Source of the DNA: Octopus vulgaris
Taxonomy: Eukaryota
Reading direction: 5' to 3'
Length of the DNA stretch: 64,000 nucleotides
Assembly (NCBI GenBank): GCA_951406725.2
Contig: OX597820.1
Location: forward strand, 39,060,001 to 39,124,000
Shown: piece after piece, positions 1-10,974 of the stretch
Numbering within the stretch: position 1 is the first letter of the stretch
Layout of the letters: the number at the start of each line of letters is the position of its first letter
Program-made: the position numbers and the translations under genes
Notes under the pieces: model-generated
What the model was told of the DNA's origin: nothing
The model's input: only the letters and a program-made list of their open reading frames with translations
Database searches by the model: none

Positions 1-239
1 TTAATTTATTACTCTCCTTTATATTTGTCAGCTTTCTTTATTTCTAGGATTGTATGTGATGTTGTTAGCTAGCATCATTTTCTGTTTATCTTGTTTCCTG
101 TAGAAAAAAAATCTCTTTTCAAATTGTTCTTTCCATCTTAAAGAACATTCATGTGTTAAATCCATCTTCTTGGCTCAAACTAGCGATGGCGGCTCAAAGG
201 CGGTCTCTCGATTTACTAGTAATACTAGTAGAAATTTTC

Positions 240-271
240 TCTCTCTCCCACTCTCTCTCTCTTTCTCTCTG

Positions 272-328
<57 letters not shown>

Positions 329-350
329 TAAATACACACAAACACACACA
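240..350. repeat. Compound (CT)n/(CTGTCT)n/(CA)n microsatellite
   Basis: Directly visible; it explains ORFs 153..506 and 175..366. Confidence 0.95.
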
Positions 351-655
351 AGCTCTTCCGGCACACACTTTCCCTCTGAAATCCTACATTATCATCTAAA
401 GAAGGACGGATATATTAGATCATATTATACTTCATGTCGCAAATGGGTTGTTCAGAGTCAGAACGCTTTGATTTTAACTAATCGATCAGAGGCTGCTTTC
501 AGATAAACAGCAACCACAAAAGAAAAGGCAGCAACAAATACAACATCAACATCCGCCCCCCCTCACCTTGCTCAATGTTACTTCATCGATTCACTTCTTA
601 CGAAACAGCCTTTAATTATAAAACAGCCGAATTTAAAGCTCCTGTAGATTCCATA

Positions 656-715
<60 letters not shown>

Positions 716-800
716 AATGTAGGATAAATTTCTTTCGAAAAAAACAACTTTATTAATGGCCAGCATATTAAAAAATACCTTTAAAGGTTAAATTTATAAC

Positions 801-966
801 TAACTTATAAAATAAGGACTAAAGAAAAATTCTAATGCCAAATATGTCGAAATTAGACAAATTGCCAATAACCATATAATTTATAATTATAATGGTTATT
901 GACAATTTGTCTAATTTCGGCGTAAACGGCATTTGAATTTTTCCTTTGCCCTTATTTTATAAGTTA
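801..966. mobile_element. Palindromic (fold-back) element, family copy 1; MITE-like or Penelope inverted-end-like
   Basis: TAACTTATAAAATAAGG...AATGCC...GAAATTAGACAAATTG(C)CAATAACCAT pairs with ATGGTTATTGACAATTTGTCTAATTTC...GGCATT...CCTTATTTTATAAGTTA. It ends in (TA)n, and a related copy lies at 61671-61847. Confidence 0.75.
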
Positions 967-1274
967 TATATATATATATATATATATAATTTCAACAATT
1001 GAGGGTAAAATTAATTAATTATTAATCAATTTCACCAAGTGTTCAGTATGCAAAGGGACCATTTAAGGCGAATTCAAATTATTACATTATATAAAAGGGC
1101 TTAGTAAAATAAATTACTTTGCCGCATACTGAACTCATTAGAAATAGCAGCTAAAAAACTTTTTTAAAACTATTTCTAATACTTAAAGAAAACCTCTCTC
1201 ATATAGTGTTTGCTCAACTCAACTCACGAAAGTTTGGGGGTAAAGACATCAAAAAATCAAATGCAAAGGTTATT

Positions 1275-1326
1275 TGAGAACGTACGTTTCAAGATTAGTC
1301 AACACGACACTTCTATCATCAGCTCA
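1275..1326 (-). ncRNA. Type I hammerhead ribozyme motif, unit 1
   Basis: The minus strand reads TGAG CTGATGA TAGAAGTGTCGTGTTGACTAATCTT GAAAC GTAC GTT CTCA. It has an exact CUGAUGA and GAAA core, stem I TGAG/CTCA (extendable through AAGG/CCTT across an internal loop), palindromic helix III ACGTACGT and a GUU cleavage triplet. Stem II is imperfect. Confidence 0.7.
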
Positions 1327-1834
1327 GAAACTCCTTGGTTTGGATTTGAAAACACTGAAAGTGAGAGCATACCCTTTCGGCTTCTCATCGCTTTCGAAGA
1401 TCTGCTCGTAACTAACAGTGCCAACAAACTCAAATATGCAAGCGAAGAATTTCTGTTCTCCCCTTTCCACCAGCGTGGGTTAAAATCAGCAAACACTATG
1501 CTTATTTCGGTAAAATCCGAAGCATTAATTAGAGGGAGATTAATTATAATTTCAACAATTGAGGGTAAAATTAATTAATTATTAATCAATTTCACCAAGT
1601 GTTCAGTATGCAAAGGGACCATTTAAGGCGAATTCAAATTATTACATTATATAAAAGGGCTTAGTAAAATAAATTACTTTGCCGCATACTGAACTCATTA
1701 GAAATAGCAGCTAAAAAACTTTTTTAAAACTATTTCTAATACTTAAAGAAAACCTCTCTCATATAGTGTTTGCTCAACTCAACTCACGAAAGTTTGGGGG
1801 TAAAGACATCAAAAAATCAAATGCAAAGGTTATT

Positions 1835-1886
1835 TGAGAACGTACGTTTCAAGATTAGTCAACACGACACTTCTATCATCAGCTCA
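1835..1886 (-). ncRNA. Type I hammerhead ribozyme motif, unit 2
   Basis: Identical to 1275-1326. Confidence 0.7.
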
Positions 1887-2393
1887 GAAACTCCTTGGTT
1901 TGGATTTGAAAACACTGAAAGTGAGAGCATACCCTTTCGGCTTCTCATCGCTTTCGAAGATCTGCTCGTAACTAACAGTGCCAACAAACTCAAATATGCA
2001 AGCGAAGAATTTCTGTTCTCCCTTTCCACCAGCGTGGGTTAAAATCAGCAAACACTATGCTTATTTCGGTAAAATCCGAAGCATTAATTAGAGGGAGATT
2101 AATTATAATTTCAACAATTGAGGGTAAAATTAATTAATTATTAATCAATTTCACCAAGTGTTCAGTATGCAAAGGGACCATTTAAGGCGAATTCAAATTA
2201 TTACATTATATAAAAGGGCTTAGTAAAATAAATTACTTTGCCGCATACTGAACTCATTAGAAATAGCAGCTAAAAAACTTTTTTAAAACTATTTCTAATA
2301 CTTAAAGAAAACCTCTCTCATATAGTGTTTGCTCAACTCAACTCACGAAAGTTTGGGGGTAAAGACATCAAAAAATCAAATGCAAAGGTTATT

Positions 2394-2445
2394 TGAGAAC
2401 GTACGTTTCAAGATTAGTCAACACGACACTTCTATCATCAGCTCA
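2394..2445 (-). ncRNA. Type I hammerhead ribozyme motif, unit 3
   Basis: Identical to 1275-1326. Confidence 0.7.
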
Positions 2446-2953
2446 GAAACTCCTTGGTTTGGATTTGAAAACACTGAAAGTGAGAGCATACCCTTTCGGC
2501 TTCTCATCGCTTTCGAAGATCTGCTCGTAACTAACAGTGCCAACAAACTCAAATATGCAAGCGAAGAATTTCTGTTCTCCCCTTTCCACCAGCGTGGGTT
2601 AAAATCAGCAAACACTATGCTTATTTCGGTAAAATCCGAAGCATTAATTAGAGGGAGATTAATTATAATTTCAACAATTGAGGGTAAAATTAATTAATTA
2701 TTAATCAATTTCACCAAGTGTTCAGTATGCAAAGGGACCATTTAAGGCGAATTCAAATTATTACATTATATAAAAGGGCTTAGTAAAATAAATTACTTTG
2801 CCGCATACTGAACTCATTAGAAATAGCAGCTAAAAAACTTTTTTAAAACTATTTCTAATACTTAAAGAAAACCTCTCTCATATAGTGTTTGCTCAACTCA
2901 ACTCACGAAAGTTTGGGGGTAAAGACATCAAAAAATCAAATGCAAAGGTTATT

Positions 2954-3005
2954 TGAGAACGTACGTTTCAAGATTAGTCAACACGACACTTCTATCATCA
3001 GCTCA
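2954..3005 (-). ncRNA. Type I hammerhead ribozyme motif, unit 4
   Basis: Identical to 1275-1326. Confidence 0.7.
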
Positions 3006-3513
3006 GAAACTCCTTGGTTTGGATTTGAAAACACTGAAAGTGAGAGCATACCCTTTCGGCTTCTCATCGCTTTCGAAGATCTGCTCGTAACTAACAGTGC
3101 CAACAAACTCAAATATGCAAGCGAAGAATTTCTGTTCTCCCCTTTCCACCAGCGTGGGTTAAAATCAGCAAACACTATGCTTATTTCGGTAAAATCCGAA
3201 GCATTAATTAGAGGGAGATTAATTATAATTTCAACAATTGAGGGTAAAATTAATTAATTATTAATCAATTTCACCAAGTGTTCAGTATGCAAAGGGACCA
3301 TTTAAGGCGAATTCAAATTATTACATTATATAAAAGGGCTTAGTAAAATAAATTACTTTGCCGCATACTGAACTCATTAGAAATAGCAGCTAAAAAACTT
3401 TTTTAAAACTATTTCTAATACTTAAAGAAAACCTCTCTCATATAGTGTTTGCTCAACTCAACTCACGAAAGTTTGGGGGTAAAGACATCAAAAAATCAAA
3501 TGCAAAGGTTATT

Positions 3514-3565
3514 TGAGAACGTACGTTTCAAGATTAGTCAACACGACACTTCTATCATCAGCTCA
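3514..3565 (-). ncRNA. Type I hammerhead ribozyme motif, unit 5
   Basis: Identical to 1275-1326. Confidence 0.7.
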
Positions 3566-4234
3566 GAAACTCCTTGGTTTGGATTTGAAAACACTGAAAG
3601 TGAGAGCATACCCTTTCGGCTTCTCATCGCTTTCGAAGATCTGCTCGTAACTAACAGTGCCAACAAACTCAAATATGCAAGCGAAGAATTTCTGTTCTCC
3701 CCTTTCCACCAGCGTGGGTTAAAATCAGCAAACACTATGCTTATTTCGGTAAAATCCGAAGCATTAATTAGAGGGAGATTAATTATAATTTCAACAATTG
3801 AGGGTAAAATTAATTAATTATTAATCAATTTCACCAAGTGTTCAGTATGCAAAGGGACCATTTAAGGCGAATTCAAATTATTACATTATATAAAAGGGCT
3901 TAGTAAAATAAATTACTTTGCCGCATACTGAACTCATTAGAAATAGCAGCTAAAAAACTTTTTAAAACTATTTCTAATACTTAAAGAAAACCTCTCTCAT
4001 ATAGTGTTTGCTCAACTCAACTCACGAAATTAATTAATGCTTCGGATTTTACCGAAATAAGCATAGTGTTTGCTGATTTTAACCCACGCTGGTGGAAAGG
4101 GAGAACAGAAATTCTTCGCTTGCATATTTGAGTTTGTTGGCACTGTTAGTTACGAGCAGATCTTCGAAAGCGATGAGAAGCCGAAAGGGTATGCTCTCAC
4201 TTTCAGTGTTTTCAAATCCAAACCAAGGAGTTTC

Positions 4235-4286
4235 TGAGCTGATGATAGAAGTGTCGTGTTGACTAATCTTGAAACGTACGTTCTCA
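4235..4286 (+). ncRNA. Type I hammerhead ribozyme motif, inverted arm copy 1
   Basis: The plus strand reads TGAG(4235) CTGATGA(4239-4245)...GAAAC(4271-4275) GTAC GTT CTCA(4286). Confidence 0.7.
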
Positions 4287-4794
4287 AATAACCTTTGCAT
4301 TTGATTTTTTGATGTCTTTACCCCCAAACTTTCGTGAGTTGAGTTGAGCAAACACTATATGAGAGAGGTTTTCTTTAAGTATTAGAAATAGTTTTAAAAA
4401 AGTTTTTTAGCTGCTATTTCTAATGAGTTCAGTATGCGGCAAAGTAATTTATTTTACTAAGCCCTTTTATATAATGTAATAATTTGAATTCGCCTTAAAT
4501 GGTCCCTTTGCATACTGAACACTTGGTGAAATTGATTAATAATTAATTAATTTTACCCTCAATTGTTGAAATTATAATTAATCTCCCTCTAATTAATGCT
4601 TCGGATTTTACCGAAATAAGCATAGTGTTTGCTGATTTTAACCCACGCTGGTGGAAAGGGGAGAACAGAAATTCTTCGCTTGCATATTTGAGTTTGTTGG
4701 CACTGTTAGTTACGAGCAGATCTTCGAAAGCGATGAGAAGCCGAAAGGGTATGCTCTCACTTTCAGTGTTTTCAAATCCAAACCAAGGAGTTTC

Positions 4795-4846
4795 TGAGCT
4801 GATGATAGAAGTGTCGTGTTGACTAATCTTGAAACGTACGTTCTCA
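4795..4846 (+). ncRNA. Type I hammerhead ribozyme motif, inverted arm copy 2
   Basis: Identical to 4235-4286. Confidence 0.7.
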
Positions 4847-5025
4847 AATAACCTTTGCATTTGATTTTTTGATGTCTTTACCCCAAACTTTCGTGAGTTG
4901 AGTTGAGCAAACACTATATGAGAGAGGTTTTCTTTAAGTATTAGAAATAGTTTTAAAAAGTTTTTTAGCTGCTATTTCTAATGAGTTCAGTATGCGGCAA
5001 AGTAATTTATTTTACTAAGCCCTTT

Positions 5026-5073
<48 letters not shown>

Positions 5074-5438
5074 CCCTTCCATATCATTGAAAGTTCTAAT
5101 CATACTGAAGTCATTTTTACAATTTATCACTCCAATTGTTTTTTAAAATAGATATCGTTTGCTTGGATGAAATACCTCAACGCGGCGAATTTGCAGCACT
5201 GCCCCGCGGGATTTGTGCTGACTTTATTAAATCTGATTTCAAACCCCACCAAGGTGAGCTTCGCATTTCCTCTTTGATGGAATAATAATCCATGGCTGTA
5301 AGTAGGCACCACTATATGAAAGTCGGACTGATTCCTTTGCGGTAATTATTCCATCATATTGCGTTCAGTACATATCCAAAGTTCTTGGGTGATACACTTA
5401 ATCCTTTGCCCGGTTTAAGTCCACCACTTCGGTTATCG

Positions 5439-5562
5439 TTAGCAGGTTGCATTCTGCCTCATGTATTTGTGCCAGGTCCCTGGTTTAATGATCCCTCCCT
5501 CCATTCCTTCCACCCATCTCGAAATCTCTGTGAAAGGCCATCGACAGGAATTTTGCTCTGGA
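5439..5562 (-). CDS. Candidate terminal coding exon of an unidentified host gene (PEQNSCRWPFTEISRWVEGMEGGIIKPGTWHKYMRQNATC*)
   Basis: Strong minus-strand acceptor TTTCTTTTTCCTTTTTCAG ending at 5563. After 1 nt there are 40 codons of complex, non-repetitive peptide, then TAA (5441-5439). AATAAA lies on the minus strand at 5228-5223, and GC is locally raised. The protein is not recognised and no upstream exons were found. Confidence 0.45.
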
Positions 5563-5911
5563 CTGAAAAAGGAAAAAGAAATTTATTGCCTTGAATCAGT
5601 GCAGGAATTTATATTTTTTTAATATAATACTTTAGTTTTTTTTTTTATCTATTTCATTTATAGTTTACATATTTTCTCTTGACACAAATGTCATTCTTGT
5701 CATTCCAAAATAGAAATGTTATAGATTGATCAATTCGCACACACGAACGCTGACCCTGCAGTCAACTAATAGAATAGCTGTTGCTTTATATATCACTTCC
5801 ATTCTGTTTATAGTTACAAAGTTCATGTTATTCCATTCCCATATATTTCAGGTGTTCTATTATTATATATTATATTTCGTCACTTCATGCTTGTTTCCTT
5901 CTGCTTATGTC

Positions 5912-5970
<59 letters not shown>

Positions 5971-6089
5971 ATATATATATATCGTGTTGTATATCTTCAT
6001 AACTGTTTGCATTTCTCTCTTTCCTATCTCCATCTTACTCTTTGCTTTCGTCTCAAAGTTATTCTCATATCCTTTGGCAATCTACATTA

Positions 6090-6320
6090 ACAAATCAAGA
6101 AGCTCTATTGATACAGGGAGAAGAATATTCATGAATAGTTTATTATGGGGAAGAAAGCATATATACGTTGAATACAGTTTGCATAACAATTAAGTATATT
6201 GAGAGAATATTAGAGTATTGTTTGTAAATATGTATTGAGATTTTTGGGGGTATTTGGTGATATTAGTACAGAGGATGAATATTGGACACTTTCTTTAATA
6301 TTGTGTTTTTGTACAGTTAC
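6090..6320 (-). mobile_element. Possible highly decayed Penelope-like RT relic
   Basis: Minus-strand scraps LCTNIT (cf. LYTNIP) and YANCIQRIYAFFP (cf. YxKPTDTQRYLxF) with frameshifts; weak. Confidence 0.25.
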
Positions 6321-7019
6321 TGGAGATCATAATAAGCTTCGTTAGTTCGTTAATTGAGCCAATTAATTAGTTTTAAGTAATTTTAGTTTCAGCTATAGAA
6401 ATTATCTAGACCATAAATGAATTCTACTAACCTTTATACATCTCGTATGTTGGAGATAAGATAAGGCAACTGCTGTGCTATTAATGCTGCAGAACATGAC
6501 CACCGGTTTCCTTCTATTATCTCTAGCTAACCAGGTTGCCAATGCCTTAATTGCATGCAAATTTTTAACTATTCGTGCATCTTGCGGTTATCTCTCAGTT
6601 TCATTTTTTGAGTTAGCAATAAATGCAACCAGGCGGTTATAATACCGCCCATGTAAGTGGAAAGGAGTATACTAAATCAAGAGTTTATCTTGTATGTTAT
6701 TTTATTCGCTTGTATTCGTCTTTCAAGTACATTTACACATCCGTGTAAGTATATAACTTACAGGCTCATAAAAACATCCTGTGTTATAAACACACGTTCA
6801 CATACACCACACTTACTCATATGCAGTAATGAATATTTGGGCTTAGTTTTAGCTTATAATAAAAGTTTATGGTGGTGTATGTGTCAAGTCCACACATACA
6901 TCTTAAACAGAAATTTATTGGAAGCATGCCATGAACTTGATGTTTTACAACTAAGATTTTGCAGTCTTATATATAAATACTCATAGGAACCTATCACTTT
7001 GTCAATTTTCCAATGAGGT

Positions 7020-7800
7020 AGTGATGGTCAACGATAAACATTCTTTGATGGAAGATAATTCTGTATTTCCAACGTAAAACGCGCAGGAAAAATTTTATGA
7101 ACTTGCTAATTTTCGAACGTTTTTAGAATTTGAATGAATCTTTACCACTAAACATTATTTATTATGCAGAATATAGTGAGATACGTTTGATCATTGTTAA
7201 ATTAGAGAAAACACAGTGTTCTATTTCGACAACTATTAGTTACAGTAGTTCCTAATTGTCTATAAAATTAATTCAGAAGTTTTCTCAACATTTCTCGATA
7301 ATTACGATAAATCAAAGAATCTTTTATGATTTCTGTAAAGTGTTTTATAACATCCTGCCTACAAACAAAATTGCTTTGCAGTGGAAAATTAATGCCAGTC
7401 TTTGCTAGCCATTGTTCATTTGGCGATGCCACAGAATGAAGATATAGAATTAACTCTACTATAACTGGAAATTTAAAAACATGTCTAAGCAGTAGCCAAA
7501 TTAAGTATCTGTAAAGGAAAAGAATAAAAAAAAATAATAATTATATTGAAAGATAAAAGTAATCGTTATAGCGAAACGGAAATGAACAGTTTTTCTACCA
7601 TCTTTTAATTGTGAAGTTTTAGCTGTGATTATTTCAAGCACAAATGTGTCTTGAGAATAGCTTGATGGTATTTGTTAATTTAAACACTTGTTCTTGTATG
7701 AAATCCATTTATTGAAACAGATGAGACAGCTTCTGAATGGAGACTGTGTCGTTATATTTCAGTAATATCATTGTTTGCTTCAATGGATAAACATGAAAAA
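7020..7800 (+). mobile_element. Possible highly decayed hAT transposase relic
   Basis: Scraps resembling NxGNFxEL (~7080-7110), QNE (~7432) and DET...SVISLF (~7720-7780) occur in the expected order, with many stops. Confidence 0.3.
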
Positions 7801-8199
7801 GACACGAACGTATTCCTCTATAAAATAAAATCGAAATTTCTTTGTCTTCTTTCGCATGTCTACTGTTAGTAATGAACGAAAGGATGTACATTGAATGTAT
7901 ACTTACTATAAACTTATCAGTGCTATGAACCTTTGCAATTTTGTGTCCCGATACAAGTTTGACAAACTACTACTTGCAACTTGTATTTCTTAGGTTCTAA
8001 TCTATAATAACTTGCAGCTGTCAATATAGGAGGTTGTACCCAACTACTTTAGATATTGAACTTTCACTAATTACAAAAGTTATTACAAATCACAATTACA
8101 AATCAAGAGTTGAAATCAAAAGTGTGTGGTGCAGATGTGAATTTGAATTCAGGTAAATATTCCGAAGGAATTTAAATTATTATTTATATTCATGGAAGT

Positions 8200-8690
8200 C
8201 GGTGATATGAAAGAATGGTTAGCACGTTTGATAAAATGCTTTGTAACTTTTCTTCCGGCTGTTTTGCGTTCTGAGTTCAAATTTCGCCGAAGTCGACTTG
8301 ACTTCCATTCTTTCGTGGTTGATATCATAAAGTACCAGCCGAGTACTGGCCACTCACCTCTAAACTGCTTGTCTTGTACCAAAATAATAAGGGATATTTG
8401 TATATCGAAGTGGTAGCTAAGACTAGGTCGTTTGGTTCAATTATTATATTAAAATTACTATTTAGATCAATTTAAGGTCGAATAATCGGAAGCGTTTTTA
8501 ATATTGTTGAGTAAAAAAATGAGCTGCCAGAATCTTTAGTACGCCTGGCAAAATGCTTCGCAGTATTTCGCCCGTCTTTACATTCTAAAGTCAACTTTCC
8601 CTTTCATCATTTTGGGGCCGATAAAATAACTACCTGTTATACACTGAGGTCGATGTGATCGATTAACCCAGCACACGAAAATTTGAAACC
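8200..8690 (+). mobile_element. Two degenerate copies of SINE family B
   Basis: TTCTGAGTTCAAATTTCGCCGAAGTCGAC... and CCTTTCATCATTTTGGGGCCGATAAAATAACTACC match 15583-15803. Confidence 0.75.
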
Positions 8691-9269
8691 AATATAGTTT
8701 ATTAAAGTATAAACAACTCGTCAGGACTTTACCAGTTAAGTTCTGACTACGAATTACAGCTTCATTCAAAAGCAAGCTCACGAGTCTAATGACAAAATGC
8801 ACGAGGTGATTATATAACCTTCACATGAATTCGTAGGATACGTGAAATAAAATAAATTATAAAATTCTTCTGTTCAATATCCAACGCTCAGAAAAAATGA
8901 ATGCTACCTATGAGTGTATTTCAACTAAACGCAATTAATCAAACTGTTTACTTTCGATGTATTTGTTTCATTTGACATAGAACAGTCGTCAATTTTAGAA
9001 CATGTTAAAAATTTAAGTTTGGTGGTGAATCGGAACTATGTCCATGATTTCGCAGATCGTCTGGACCTGTGAGTCTGACGCGGTCAGTGTGCCTCGTTAG
9101 TAGCTGCGAGATTACTAATTCGATAAACATAAGGGTAAGAAGGTTATTGTAGATGACTATGTTCAAAGAGTATGGAGTGACTGTTGTAATTAAATAGAGA
9201 TGGTGGACAAAATATTTGTGATGAAAATGTGGTAAAGGAATAAGTCTGGAGTGTCTGCGGCGGCGGTTG

Positions 9270-9790
9270 CGTGAACTCAGGCACCTCCGAGAAGTAGAGA
9301 CCACTGTAGTGGCAGAACAAATAGCAGGAAAAAAAAGAGACAAAGATTCTTTGAGACTGGGGTGGTGTAGACTAATGAGTGACATCATACTAATCAGCCT
9401 AGTGGCATTCGTAATGGAGATAATCAAGGGATTTTATATGTTTCGTCTGATTTGTAGAGTGAAAAACAGTGAAAATTTACAAATCATGTTTGTAAAAATA
9501 TAGAAATTGTGTATGCTATTAGAGCGACAATACAGTGAGAGTGCTAAACAATTTAATTTTCAAATCATTTGTCATGATAGTGAATGCACAAGAATGAGAG
9601 ATGTACTGTTTAAAATGGTAAAGATAGTCAATTTCTTTTGTGCTAAAGCTGCTAAACAGGAAATTGGAAGACAAGTTGCGCTTACTGCAAAGAGAAAAAC
9701 TTTCTTTCAAAAATTTTATTGGGTTTCTCCAAGTGACACCTCTACGGAAATGGTGAATAGATTTTCAAGGGAAGATACATCTTAGTATAT
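9270..9790 (+). mobile_element. Decayed hAT (Buster/Charlie-like) transposase fragment
   Basis: LGWCRLMS...KGF and FQIICHDSECTRMRDVLFKMVKIVNFFCAKA resemble the HCxxHQxxLCAK-MxDVxxxVVKIVNFIRAK region of these transposases. Confidence 0.5.
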
Positions 9791-10280
9791 AATCACTATT
9801 CTTCGGAATTAGAAAGGTGTCAGTCTCAATATTATTATCCGATTATATTACCATCAAACTTGATTTTATTATAACGTTATGTCAGCTATGTCAATTTAAA
9901 TTGCTCTTTCCAGTCACTGAGAAATATAAAGAGTAGCTCAGTGAAGTACTTGATGCGTGTAGGACAACTCAAACAAAAAGTATAACATCGATTACGGAAG
10001 TTGATTTAAACAAGCCTTAGATGTGTACAAATTTTGTAATGAGAAATCATACGTGTATTTGTTCTTAATAATATCTTCCCTACAATGCATTGATTTCTAC
10101 AGTTTTTCTTCTGTTTACTTTAATAATTGAACTACGGTCTTACGGGCTGCTACAAGCAAAAATTTTAGTGGATTCTACGAATACTTTTAATTATGAGAGT
10201 CAGGTACGTATTTTACTGATACATGCATACATACAAACATACAGGCATGCATACATACATATATTCATGTATATATATAT

Positions 10281-10683
10281 ACTCTTTACTCTTTTATTTG
10301 TTTCAGTCAGTTGACTGTGGCCATACTGGAGCACCGCCTTAAGTTGAGCAAATCGACCCCAGGACTTATTCTTTGTAAGCCTAGTACTTATTCTTTCGGT
10401 GTCTTTTGCCGAACCGCTAAGTTACGGGGAAGTAAACACACCAGCATCGGTTGTCAAGCGATGTTGCGGGGACAAACACAGATACACAAACATACACACA
10501 CACACATATATACATATATACAACGGGCTTCTTCCAGCTTCTTTCCACCAAATCCACTCACAAGGCTTTGGTCGGCCCGAAGCTATAGTAGAAGACATTT
10601 GCCCGAGGTGCCACGCAGTGCGTCTGAACCCAGAACCATGTGGTTCGTAAGCAAGCTACTTACCACACAGACACTCCTACGCC
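10281..10683 (-). mobile_element. tRNA-derived SINE family A, near full length
   Basis: Minus-strand head GGCGTAGGAGTGTCTGTGTGGTAAGTAGCTTGC...GGTTCAG (A/B-box-like), an internal TA/CA tract and an (AGAGTAA)-type tail; more than 10 copies in the window. Confidence 0.9.
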
Positions 10684-10685
10684 TG

Positions 10686-10790
10686 AAGTAAAGTCGACCT
10701 CAGCAGAATTTGAACTCAGAACATAAAGACGGACGAAATATTGCTAATCATTTTGCTCGGCATGCTAACATTTACGCCAGCTCTCCGCTT
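10686..10790 (-). mobile_element. SINE family B 5' fragment
   Basis: Reverse complement of GGCGGAGAGCTGGC...TTCTGAGTTCAAATTCTGCTGAGGTCGACTTT. Confidence 0.75.
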
Positions 10791-10865
<75 letters not shown>

Positions 10866-10887
10866 CATACATACATACATACATACA

Positions 10888-10974
<87 letters not shown>

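Larger units (their letters stand above)
985..4029 (-). repeat. Tandem array of a 560-bp unit (5 full copies plus ~245 bp); retrozyme or Penelope pseudo-LTR-like
   Basis: Units start at about 985, 1545, 2104, 2664, 3224 and 3784 (TATAATTTCAACAATTGAGGG...). The only differences I saw are 1-nt homopolymer indels (~2020, ~3960). The array is preceded by (TA)n. The strand given is the hammerhead-sense strand. Confidence 0.95.
4031..5033 (+). repeat. Inverted arm of the 560-bp array (~1.8 units)
   Basis: Reverse complement of array positions ~1086-2090; it ends in (TA)n at 5027-5071. Confidence 0.95.

Noticed and set aside
1210-1578. 122-aa and 65-aa ORFs repeated in each 560-bp unit
   Set aside because: The 122-aa ORF has a non-ATG start and is frameshifted in some units; neither ORF has a recognisable domain. 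They recur only because the DNA is repeated.
985-4029. CRISPR array or rDNA/snRNA tandem cluster
   Set aside because: There are no unique spacers or cas genes, the context is eukaryotic, and I saw no 5S, U-snRNA or tRNA similarity.
5152-5253. Possible 102-nt plus-strand internal exon (TAG|ATATCG...CCAAG|GTGAGC)
   Set aside because: The acceptor is weak and the peptide unrecognised. It overlaps the putative 3' UTR of the better-supported minus-strand exon, so it cannot be supported without RNA data.
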